From an uncultured Chloroflexia bacterium (GTDB taxonomy: Bacteria; Chloroflexota; Limnocylindria; Limnocylindrales; CSP1-4), in NCBI GenBank assembly GCA_963721545.1, contig CAVRKB010000010.1, forward strand, positions 148,530 to 212,529: a stretch of DNA of 64,000 nucleotides. Direction: 5' to 3'. The translations under genes and the position numbers were made by a program. This document shows positions 55,483 through 64,000 of this stretch, one piece after another (the stretch's first letter is position 1; each line of letters starts with the position of its first letter). The notes beneath the pieces are model-generated. The model was not told the origin of the DNA, made no database searches, and was given only the letters and a program-made list of their open reading frames with translations.

Positions 55483-55747
55483 GTTGGTTCTCCCCGAACG
55501 AGCGTTGTGTGACAGGTGGCACCACTCTAGCACCGCCCCAGAGCCGCGCGACTATACCAAAGGCCTAGGACCATTAGGAAGAAACGGCAGGAAATCCTTC
55601 ATGCTGCAAGGACGGCTGCAAGGTCGTCGCGGCGGCCGTTTCGCGGACGACGGCGGGCCCGAGGGAGGACCCCCGGCAGGACCGTGACGCACCACCTGGG
55701 CGCGACGGCGGGCCCCGGCGAGCGGGCGTCCGGACCCGGACATGGAA

Positions 55748-55776
55748 CGGCCCGTCGAGCGCCGCTCGACGGGCCG
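55748..55776 (-). terminator. Hairpin downstream of pilin 1
   Basis: CGGCCCGTCGAGC-GCC-GCTCGACGGGCCG. Confidence 0.6.
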
Positions 55777-55798
55777 AGTCGCGATGGGATCCGCCGGC

Positions 55799-55996
55799 TT
55801 ACGGCGTCACAGAATTGAGGGTGCTGCCGACGATGCTCAGCTTGTCGCTGATCTGGGTGCCGAGATAGAGCAGGGCGACGATGGCGACGATGGCGATAAG
55901 AGCGAGGATGAGTGCGTATTCCGCGAGGCCCTGGCCGTCTTCTTCGGAACGACGGAAACGATCGATGATTGCGCGCAACCGGCTGAATGCGGTCAT
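55799..55996 (-). CDS. flp: Flp pilin 1
   Basis: EDG|QGLAEYALILALIAIVAI; AAGGAGGT RBS. Confidence 0.92.
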   Translation of the reverse strand: MTAFSRLRAIIDRFRRSEEDGQGLAEYALILALIAIVAIVALLYLGTQISDKLSIVGSTLNSVTP

Positions 55997-56059
55997 TCGG
56001 TTCACCTCCTTTCTCGAGGATGGTGCTGCAGCCGTCCCGGGCGAACCGGGTCCACTGCC

Positions 56060-56087
56060 AACATAGAGTCGGCGGTCATGGTGTCAA
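56060..56087 (-). promoter_or_regulatory. Sigma70-type promoter of pilin 1
   Basis: TTGACA-N16-TATGTT on the minus strand. Confidence 0.65.
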
Positions 56088-56132
56088 TAGGCCGTTGGTG
56101 CGGGCGACGGCGTCCACGCACCATCGAATGAA

Positions 56133-56165
56133 GAAGCCGCCGGGCCTTGCGGCACCGGCGGCTTC
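56133..56165 (-). terminator. Terminator of pilin 2
   Basis: GAAGCCGCCGG..CCGGCGGCTTC stem followed by TTCATT on the minus strand. Confidence 0.65.
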
Positions 56166-56190
56166 AAGGTGATCAAGAAGTGACGGTCGA

Positions 56191-56361
56191 CTAGACCGAG
56201 TCCCCGACCGTGCTCAGGATGGTGCTGACCTGGGTGCCGAGGAAGATGAGCGCGATGATCGCGACGATCGCGATGAGCGCGAGGATCAGCGCGTACTCCG
56301 CGAGACCCTGGCCGTCCTCGTCATGCCGGATGGACGAAATGAGAGCAATGAGCTGCGACAT
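56191..56361 (-). CDS. flp: Flp pilin 2
   Basis: EDG|QGLAEYALILALIAIVAIIALIFLGTQVSTILSTVGDSV; AAAGGAGGT RBS. Confidence 0.93.
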   Translation of the reverse strand: MSQLIALISSIRHDEDGQGLAEYALILALIAIVAIIALIFLGTQVSTILSTVGDSV

Positions 56362-56416
56362 GTGTGTTGGTACCTCCTTTCCGTGCAATCTCCATGGCCG
56401 TGGCCACGGGTGACAG

Positions 56417-56446
56417 AGGCTACGGGCTCGTCCCGGGCGGTGTCAA
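56417..56446 (-). promoter_or_regulatory. Sigma70-type promoter of pilin 2
   Basis: TTGACA-N18-TAGCCT on the minus strand. Confidence 0.6.
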
Positions 56447-56482
56447 GCACTCCGCCGCGGGAACCGTTGCATCGGTGACACA

Positions 56483-56516
56483 ACGAAACCGCCGGCCCGA
56501 AGGCCGGCGGTTTCGT
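56483..56516 (-). terminator. Terminator of pilin 3
   Basis: 15-bp stem ACGAAACCGCCGGCC/GGCCGGCGGTTTCGT, UUCG loop on the minus strand. Confidence 0.7.
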
Positions 56517-56537
56517 CTCATCACTGATGACCCGGAA

Positions 56538-56708
56538 CTAGACCGAGTCGCCGACCGTGCTGAGGATCGTGCTGACCTGGCTGCCCAGGAAGATGAGGGC
56601 GATGATCGCAACGATCGCGATCAGGGCGAGGATCAGCGCGTACTCCGCGAGACCCTGGCCATCCTCGTCGCTGCGAAGCGAAGCGAGGAACGAGGTGAAG
56701 AGCGCCAT
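56538..56708 (-). CDS. flp: Flp pilin 3
   Basis: EDG|QGLAEYALILALIAIVAIIALIFLGSQVSTILSTVGDSV; GGAGG RBS. Confidence 0.93.
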   Translation of the reverse strand: MALFTSFLASLRSDEDGQGLAEYALILALIAIVAIIALIFLGSQVSTILSTVGDSV

Positions 56709-56845
56709 GTGGCTGCCTCCTGGATGAGTACTCACCCCCAAACGAGGGCTGCGCCACCATAGCGACGGCGACCGAATCGCGACACTGGCCTGATGGTACG
56801 GGTCGGTACCGTTGCGTGGCCGCCCCGAATCAGGACCCGCGCTCC

Positions 56846-57025
56846 TCAGCCGCCCGTGGCGGCATCGATGGCGTTCGCGATCGCGCTCAGGATGTCGGCG
56901 ACGGTCCCGCCGAACACCCCGAGGATCAGGACGGTGAACAGGGCCGTCAGGGCGAGGATCAGGCCGTACTCGACGATGCCCTGTCCACGCGACCGGCCCA
57001 CGCCGTCATCCCTCGGCGGGCGCAC
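56846..57025 (-). CDS. Divergent Flp-like pilin 4
   Basis: SRG|QGIVEYGLILALTALFTVLILGVFGG; GTG start overlaps the end of the upstream kinase-like gene. Confidence 0.75.
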   Translation of the reverse strand: MRPPRDDGVGRSRGQGIVEYGLILALTALFTVLILGVFGGTVADILSAIANAIDAATGG

Positions 57026-58240
57026 CGGCCGGCGCGCAGGTCGGCGACGACCCGAGATGACGGATCCCTCGCCCGACAGCTCGGCGGGCAAGCCGAGGGT
57101 CGAGGCGCGGCCCTGGATCTCGCGCCAGGTGGACGGCGGCAGGACGACGATCGACTCGCGCCGGGCGGCCTCGGCGGCGTCGCGCGCATCGGCGCGGCGG
57201 TCCTCCATCATCGCCGCGAGGGCCGGCGGCAGGTCCTTGGTGGCCGGGGCATCGGGCGTCGCATCCGTGGCGGACCTGGGCGGCCGCCCGGGTGGCGGTC
57301 ACGGTCGCCTCGACCTGGTCGGACCAGTCGAGGCGGATGACCACCCGCTCCGCGCGCGTCGTGAGGTAGGCCGCCAGCGCCTCGTCGACGATCCGGAACA
57401 GCCCGCTCTCGAGGTCCACCGGCAGCCGCCGGTCGGACCCATCGAGTCGAACTCGACCGGGACGCCCGTCCGCTGGCCGCGCTCGCGCGCCGATCGTCGC
57501 AGCGTGGGCACCAGCCCGAGGTCGTCGAGGACCATCGGCCGGACGTCGAAGATGAACGACTTCGTCGCCTCGAGCGTCTGCTGGACCATCGCCACCAGCT
57601 GGCGAACCTCGGTGCCGGCGTTGGCCGGCTCCTGGTCGACGAGCCGCTCGACGATCTGCGCCTGGAGGACGATGTTGGTCAGGCTCTGGGCCGGTCCGTC
57701 GTGCATCGCGCGGGCGATCTCGCGGCGCAGGTCCTCCTGGGCATCGAGCAGCAGGCGCGACACGGCCGGTGCCATGGCGTCTCCGGCGACGGCGCCACGG
57801 CCCGGCGCCTTGGTCGCTGCCACGGGCCGTCGCGGCCCGTCGCCGAGCGCCTGGAGCGCCTCGACGTACCCCGCCAGCGCCGTCGCGGTAGCGGCCGCAG
57901 CGCCCGCCGCTTGCCTTCGAGGACCTCGACCTGGGACTCCATCAGCGCGGATCGCTTGGTCACGAGCACGAGCTGGGCGTTGAGCTCGGCCGACACCGTG
58001 GGGTCGATCGTGGCGCCGGTGGCCTCGGCGGCGGCAGCGGCCGCCGTCAGCTTCTCGGCGGCGGCGGCCCGGCGCGATCTCGTGACGGGTCGCCTCGGTC
58101 GCCGCCTGGGTGACGAGGAGGTCGACCTCCGCGAGCTCGGCCTCGAGACGCGCCAGCTCGTCGGCCATCCGCCCGGCGAGCTCGGGCACGGTCGCTGGCT
58201 GGGCAGGAGGCGCGTCGTCGGTCATCGTCGGCAGGCTCAT
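57006..58240 (-). CDS. DegS-like HisKA_3 protein with coiled-coil N-terminus and degenerate ATPase domain, frameshifted
   Basis: QEDLRREIARAMHDGPAQSLTN, FIFDVRPMVLDDLGL; N and G boxes absent. Confidence 0.8.
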
Positions 58241-58265
58241 GGATGCAGGTGTCGGGGTGCGGTGC

Positions 58266-59012
58266 TCAATCCTCGGGCATCCGGATCCAGCCCTGGCGCA
58301 TCGCGTACACCACGGCCTGGGTCCGGTCGTTGACCGACAGCTTGCGCAGGATGGAGCTCATGTGGTTCTTGACCGTCTGCTCGCTGATCGACAGCGCGTA
58401 GGCGACCTGCTTGTTGGTCATGCCCTGGGCGATGTTGTCGAGGATCTCCACCTCGCGGGGCGAGAGCGGGGCGAAGATCGGCGCCGCGTCCTGGCCGTAG
58501 ACCGCCAGCTCGCGGAACTCCTTGAGGACGCGCGAGGCGACCGCGGGCTTGGAGAAGACCTTGTCGTTGATGAGGTACTCGCCGGCGACCACCCGGCGGA
58601 TGATCGTGACCAGGTCGTCCGGCCCGACGTCCTTGAGGATGAACGCGGCGGCGCCGGCCTTGATCGCGTCGAACAGCGCGTCCTCGTCCTCGGTCTGGGC
58701 GAGCACGATGATCCCGGTGGACGGCAGCTCGCGCTTGATCCGCTGCGTCGTCTCGATGCCGCCGGGCGTGGGCAGGGACAAGTCCATGAGGATGATGTCG
58801 GGCGAGGTCTCGAGGGCGCGATCGATCGCCGAGCGCGAATCGTCCGCCTCGGCCACGATCGAGAAGTCGGGCTCCTTGCCGAGGATGTTGGCGATCCCCA
58901 TCCGGAACAGGGCGTGGTCGTCGACGACGAGGATCCTCGTGATGTCGTCGAGCGCCCTCCGGTCGGGGCCGCCGCGACGGCGTTCGGGCCCGCTGTACTC
59001 CATGGCACTCAT
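58266..59012 (-). CDS. NarL/DegU-family response regulator (REC + LuxR HTH)
   Basis: VVDDH, ILMD, ILKD; LSPREVEIL..GMTNKQVA..ISEQTVKNHMSSILRKL. Confidence 0.95.
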   Translation of the reverse strand: MSAMEYSGPERRRGGPDRRALDDITRILVVDDHALFRMGIANILGKEPDFSIVAEADDSRSAIDRALETSPDIILMDLSLPTPGGIETTQRIKRELPSTGIIVLAQTEDEDALFDAIKAGAAAFILKDVGPDDLVTIIRRVVAGEYLINDKVFSKPAVASRVLKEFRELAVYGQDAAPIFAPLSPREVEILDNIAQGMTNKQVAYALSISEQTVKNHMSSILRKLSVNDRTQAVVYAMRQGWIRMPED

Positions 59013-59767
59013 TCGCTCTCCTCTCCTCCCGTGGACGGTCCGGTCGGGATTGCCAGCCGGACGACGGTGCCGCCGTCCGGTCGGGATCGTACGTCGATCT
59101 GGGCGCCGATCAACTCGGCACGTTCGCGCATGAACTGGAGTCCGAAGTTCCGCCGGCCGCGAGCCTCGACGGAGCCGAGGTCGAACCCCCGCCCGTCATC
59201 GCGAACCTCGAGCTGCCACTCGCCGGCGTGCAAACGGGTGGCGACGACCACCCGCTCGGCGTCGGCGTGCTTGCGCACATTCTGGAGCGCCTCCTGGGTG
59301 ACGCGCAGGACGACCGTCTGCTCGGCGTCGCTGAGGCCGTCGGTCGGTGCGGACAGCTGGCTCACGATGGCCAGCCCGCTCAGCGCCTGCATGCGCTCGA
59401 TGGTGTCGTTGATCGCGCCGTCGAGGCCGAGCTCGTCGAGGAGCGGCGGCCGGAGCTGGCTGATGAACGCGCGGACGTCGCCCAGCTCGCGGCGCAGCAG
59501 CTCGCGCAGGTGGCGCAGCTCCGTGCGCGCGAGGAGCGGGTCGGATTCGATCACCCGCTCGATGGACTCGACCTGGAAGATCGCGTTGCTCAGCGCCTGG
59601 GCCGGACCGTCGTGGACCTCCTGGGCGAGGCGCGAGCGCTCGGCCTCCTGGGCCGCGACGATGCGTGTCTGCTCGTCGCCGACGAGCGAGGGTCCGCCGC
59701 CGTCCTCGGTGCGGAGTCCGTCGTAGCGGGTCTCGCGGGCATCCGGTTCGGCTCGTGCTGGCTCCAT
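59009..59767 (-). CDS. HisKA_3 histidine kinase without a sensor domain
   Basis: ERSRLAQEVHDGPAQ, QEALQNVRKHA, VRDDGRGF, FGLQFMRERA, GGT. Confidence 0.92.
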   Translation of the reverse strand: MEPARAEPDARETRYDGLRTEDGGGPSLVGDEQTRIVAAQEAERSRLAQEVHDGPAQALSNAIFQVESIERVIESDPLLARTELRHLRELLRRELGDVRAFISQLRPPLLDELGLDGAINDTIERMQALSGLAIVSQLSAPTDGLSDAEQTVVLRVTQEALQNVRKHADAERVVVATRLHAGEWQLEVRDDGRGFDLGSVEARGRRNFGLQFMRERAELIGAQIDVRSRPDGGTVVRLAIPTGPSTGGEESE

Positions 59768-59793
59768 CGGACCCTGAGTATACGGGTCGGTTC

Positions 59794-61429
59794 TCACGGG
59801 CAGACGACCTCGTACGCCGAGACCTCGGCGAGCGGATCCTTGGTGCCCGCCGCTCCCGCCCACGGGCCGAGATCGATCGGGCGGAAGCAGTCGCTGTCGG
59901 GCGCGCCGGCCTCGAGGTCCGCCGGCCAGTGCTTGCCCTGTGGATTGATCAGGATCAGCAGGCGCGTTCCGTCGAACGACCGGGCGAGGTCGAGCACGTC
60001 GGTCGGCGGCTCGTTGGGGAGCGCCAGGGCCGGGATCCGCTGGGTCTCGGCCAGCCAGATCGGGAAGTTCGTGATGACCGGGCCGGCGCTGGCGTCGAGC
60101 GGATGGCCGGCCGCCGCCATGCGGACCGGCAGCTCGCGGAAGACCTGGGCGGTCCCCGCGGAGTCCTTCGCGAACGAGGCGAGGAGCACGACCGAGAAGA
60201 GCGTCGAGCCGAAGATCCCGAGCGCGGGCCCGAGCCAGGCCACGGGGTTCGTCCAGTCGCGCCGTCGCCCGATCCAGGCGATCAGGCTGTCCAGCGCGAA
60301 CAGGCCGCTCACGACCAGCAGCACGTGGACCGGCCCGGCGCCGTGCAGGAACGTGCCCCACTGGGTCGCCGCGGGGAAGACGAGGCTGGTGAACAGGAAC
60401 GTGATGACGCTGATCAGCAGCAGCGGCCGAAGGGCGAACGACCGCCAGATCCAGGGCAGCCCGCCGAGGCCGACCAGCGACATCGGAAGGCCCAGGAAGA
60501 CCAGCACGTTGAGCAGGTTGTGGGTCAGGCCGATCCAGCGCAGCTCGAGCAGCGCGGCCGGCCCGATGGCGAGGTAGCGGGCCAGCGTCGGCCGATCGTG
60601 CCAGGCGAAGATGTCGAAGCCCGACAGGTAGAGCGCGTTCGTCGCCGCTCCGGCCGGCAGCGGGCTCCCGATGACGACCATGTTGCGGACCGCCCACGGC
60701 GCGAAGACGACGAGCGCGACGACCGCGACGACGCCGATCAGGCGCAGCCGCACGGCCGGCGGCGCGACGGTGGCGAACCACGCGATCGCCGGCCCAGATG
60801 AGGGCCAGCCACGCCGTCTCGTTGCGCGTCAGCGCCCCGAGGCCGAACAGGATCCCCAGCCCGATCAGCCGCGGGTCGGTCAGCCGGCCGCCGCGCGGGT
60901 CGCGCGCGATCCGGGTCATCAGCAGGCAGGCGCCCAGGACGAAGACGGTGAACGGCATGGTGGAGTCGGGCAGGGCCGAGTTGAGCAGGAGCGGCAGGTA
61001 GACCGCGGTCGTCAGCCCGACGCCGACGGCCACCGTCCGCGCCCGGCCGGGCGCCAGGCCACGTTCGGCGGCGATGTCCCACGCGAGGATCCAGGCCAGG
61101 ACCGGCACCAGCGCGCCCATGAGCACGGACGAGACCTGGGCCGCCTGGAACGACGTGCCGAAGATCGCCATCGGGATGGCCGCGAGGAACGTCGGGAGCG
61201 GCATCCAGACCTCGAACGCCGGATGCGGGATCACGAGGTCCGGGGTGGCGAAGCTCCACAGCGCGTCGGTGACCAGCCCGCGACCCTCGACGAGATTGCG
61301 GGCGACACCGACGTAGTAGGCCGTGTCCTCCGGCTTCGGGAAGACGATGACCGCCGCGACAACGACGCGGACGACCAGCGCGACGAGGAACAGCAGCAGC
61401 CCGGTCAGGACCGCCTCGCGCCGGGTCAC
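59794..61429 (-). CDS. GT-C (ArnT/PMT-like) glycosyltransferase, paralog B
   Basis: EDTAYYVGVARNL.EGRG, WMPL, LTRNE, PWAVRN; multi-TM. Confidence 0.78.
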
Positions 61430-63019
61430 GAGCCGAGCTCCAGCGGATAGACGACGAGGCCGGCGATCCCGGTGCTCAGCGGCGGGCCCGACCCAGGCCG
61501 GCCGGTCGCCGGCCAGGATCGGCGCCGCGGCCGGCACGGATTCCCGTTCGTCGAGGACGAGCCAGGCGATGTCGTAGGCGCGCGCGACCTCGTTGATCGT
61601 GTCGATCGGATCGTTGACGAGGACCACGCCGCCGTGGTCCGACCAGTACTTCGTGGAGGCCGCGTCGATCGACATGACCCGGTCCGCGGCGCCCGCGCCG
61701 GCGCCGGTCAGGGTCGTGGCGACGCGCCTCCGCGCGCTCACGCCGATGCTGCCCAGGCCCCGTGGACCACGAACGACCCGGCGACCGCGCACACGACCGC
61801 GAAGGCGACGACCGCGCCGCCGAAGATCCGGCTCGCCGTCGCCGCATCCCACGACGACCGTCGGCGGGCGACCCAGGCCACGGCGACGTCGACGCCCTCG
61901 AGCGCCAGGATGTAGCTGAACGGGGCGAGCGCGATGGCCGAGTGGATGAACGTCCCGCCCGGGACGTGGACCGCCGACACGAGGGCCGAGAACGCGAACA
62001 GCAGCCCGGCGTACACGAAGAACGGGCTGAAGTCGCGTGACCGGCGGCGTGCCCAGCCGCCGATGACCATGAACGGTGCCAGCACGACCCCGGCCACGAG
62101 CGTGATGTAGATCGTCAGCGCGGCGATCAGGCCCTCGACCCGCGTCGCGAGCAGCGGGCCGATGCCCATGTCGAGCAGGTGTCCGAGCGTGGCCGGCGTC
62201 GTGATGCTGTTCCATTCCTCGATCGAGCGGATGAACAGGACCTTGCCCGACGCCGTCGACGGCGAGAGCGACCCGAAGACCGCCAGCTGGCGCGCCCACC
62301 ACGGGGCCATGACCAGGGCGAAGACGGCGACGCAGCCCTGCGGCGGCCCCGAACGAGATCGCCGGCACCCGCGCGCCACCGGACCGCCAGGCACGCCATC
62401 GATCCCAGGCGAAGACGAGGCCGAGCGCGGCGAGGACCAGCAGGCCGTCGTTGCGCGACAGCGTCGCGAGGCCAGCCAGCAGGCCGGCCCCGATGAACGC
62501 CCGCGTCGACGAGCCGCGCAGGGCCCGGGCGGCCAGCCAGAGCGAGCCGATGACGAGCGGCTGGAAGAGCGAGAAGTTGTCCGGCTGGACGAGGTAGACG
62601 GCCGACAGCAGCGGGATGGCGGTCAGGATGCCGGCACCCACGGCGACCGAGCTTCGCGCCCCGAAGTCGCGCGCGATCGCCCACGTCAGCGGCGCCGCGA
62701 TCGCGCCGAAGAGCGCGAACGGCAGCGCCGAGGCCCAGGCGACGTCGCCGAAGAGGGTCATGAACGGGACCTGGACGATCGACGCGAGGGGCATCCAGTG
62801 GGCGTTCGACGGGATCGGCAGCGTCGGGTCGGCCGGGATCGTGCCGCCCACCTCCGCGAAGATCCAGATGAAGTCGACGTTGAAACCGGTGCCGGCGTGG
62901 AGGCTCCGGGCTACGTCGACGTAGTACGCCGAATCGGGGTAGGCGGGGTACGGGAACTGCGCGATCAGCACCAACCGGACGGCGAGGGCGAGCCCGTATA
63001 GGACCAGGGGGATACGCAC
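61426..63019 (-). CDS. GT-C (ArnT/PMT-like) glycosyltransferase, paralog A
   Basis: PDSAYYVDVARSL..G.G, HWMPL, LSRND, PWWARQ; multi-TM. Confidence 0.78.
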
Positions 63020-63132
63020 GGCCGGTGCAGCGTAGCACCGGGTCCCATCACGGCCGACCGTACGAAAGGGCCACCCGGGAGCAGCCCTAGGTCAGGCCGC
63101 GAGGGCCTCGGTCAGGCCCCGAGAACGCTCGG

Positions 63133-63804
63133 TCAGGCCCCGCGGCGCGCCACGAACATGACGTTGAAGTGGAGCAGCGAGTAGCCGAGGTGGAGGATCG
63201 TCCAGCCATCGAGCATCGCCCGGACTTCGTGCGGCAGGTACTCGTTGTGGAACGGCTCGCTGTGCGGGCAGGTGCTCGACAGGAACCGGAGCCGCCAGAT
63301 CGCCGAGCGCGCCGGCACCGAGCCGATCAGCACGCCGTCGGGCTGCAGGACGCGCTTGAACTCGCGGATCGCCGTGGCCGGGTCGGGCACGTGCTCGAGC
63401 ACCTCGGTGCACAGGACCGTGGCGAAGGCGCCGTCCTCGAAGGGCATCGACTCGATGTCACCCTCGACGACCCGATAGGCCGGCAGGCGTCCGCTGACGA
63501 CGACGACGTTGCGCGGGTTGATGTCGATGCCGGTCGAGCCAGCGGGGAGATGGCGGAGGTTGAGCCCGGTCCCGCAGCCGGCGTCGAGGATCTCGCCGTC
63601 CGGGACGGCGTACTTCGCCGTCAGCTGGCGCACGACGCGCGCCCGGTTGCGATGAAAGAAGGCCTCGGGGCCGCGGATGTTGTCGGCGACGTCGACCCAG
63701 TCGTACGTCTCGACGTCGCGGTAGTAGTCCTTGACCCATTCGGACCAGGCCAGGGAACCCGGTTCGATGTCCACGCCGTGCGCGGCGTGATCGTGCTCTT
63801 TCAT
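63133..63804 (-). CDS. Class I SAM-dependent methyltransferase
   Basis: ILDAGCGTG, GDIESMPF, EVLEHVPD..RVLQPDG. Confidence 0.9.
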   Translation of the reverse strand: MKEHDHAAHGVDIEPGSLAWSEWVKDYYRDVETYDWVDVADNIRGPEAFFHRNRARVVRQLTAKYAVPDGEILDAGCGTGLNLRHLPAGSTGIDINPRNVVVVSGRLPAYRVVEGDIESMPFEDGAFATVLCTEVLEHVPDPATAIREFKRVLQPDGVLIGSVPARSAIWRLRFLSSTCPHSEPFHNEYLPHEVRAMLDGWTILHLGYSLLHFNVMFVARRGA

Positions 63805-64000
63805 CTCTCCTCCGACTCGATGCGCGGCACCTCGAAGTGTCGATGCATCTCGTCTGCGGATTCGACTACCCGATAGTCACGTCCAGGGGCGGGCACCGGC
63901 CCATGGGCGTCCGGAGTCTACGCTCCCGCGCGAGCCGTCGTGCAGCAGCCGGATCCGGTTCTCGTCGTGCGGCTGGCGGGCACCGATCGCTAGCGTCCGG

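Noticed and set aside
55799-56708. CRISPR array or DGR template/variable repeats suggested by repeated ~100 bp blocks
   Set aside because: The repeats are paralogous pilin coding sequences; no cas or reverse transcriptase gene and no adenine-specific variation
56846-57211. Kinase-pilin fusion protein
   Set aside because: Better explained by an indel near 57050; the pilin has its own GTG at 57025 overlapping a TGA at 57006-57008
59009-63019. 1336 aa glycosyltransferase-histidine kinase fusion in the ORF track
   Set aside because: Produced by frameshifts joining three genes that have their own starts, stops and a TATACT box before the kinase

Overview
High-GC bacterial chromosomal segment, mostly housekeeping genes. 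Gene content and style suggest a monoderm Chloroflexota, possibly Limnocylindria-like; this is inference, not verified. Single-base indels break most genes, including essential ones (gyrA, gyrB, prfA, atpA, atpD, murA), so I read them as long-read sequencing errors. Many CDS limits are therefore approximate. Order: parA-parB-gyrB-thioesterase-AlkD-like-gyrA-prs (minus strand); two parS sites; mreD-mrdA-rodA; CBS protein and ArsB/NhaD transporter; J-domain protein; AI-2E transporter; DUF2344; rplU-rpmA-rpmE; DUF1385-prfA-prmC-HAD-tsaC-glyA-TagO/WecA; three Ig/PKD surface proteins; F1Fo atp operon; murA-mreB; PHP, flippase-like, XRE regulator; GT-C, nfo, hpf, comF; a Tad/Flp pilus locus with four pilins; a DegS/DegU-like three-gene cassette; two GT-C paralogs; a methyltransferase. 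Best leads: (1) a sensor-less kinase plus an ATPase-dead coiled-coil pseudokinase flanking a NarL/DegU-like regulator that carries a Cle-like YxGPxRR putative c-di-GMP motif, directly upstream of the pilin array, tad genes and comF; (2) an orphan, order-swapped mini version of a contractile-injection baseplate protein; (3) a covarying ~95 bp palindromic element in two copies with strand-asymmetric codon skew in the flanking genes; (4) a compositionally foreign half-PKD segment inside an Ig-repeat protein. No rRNA, tRNA, CRISPR array, integrase or transposase was seen.
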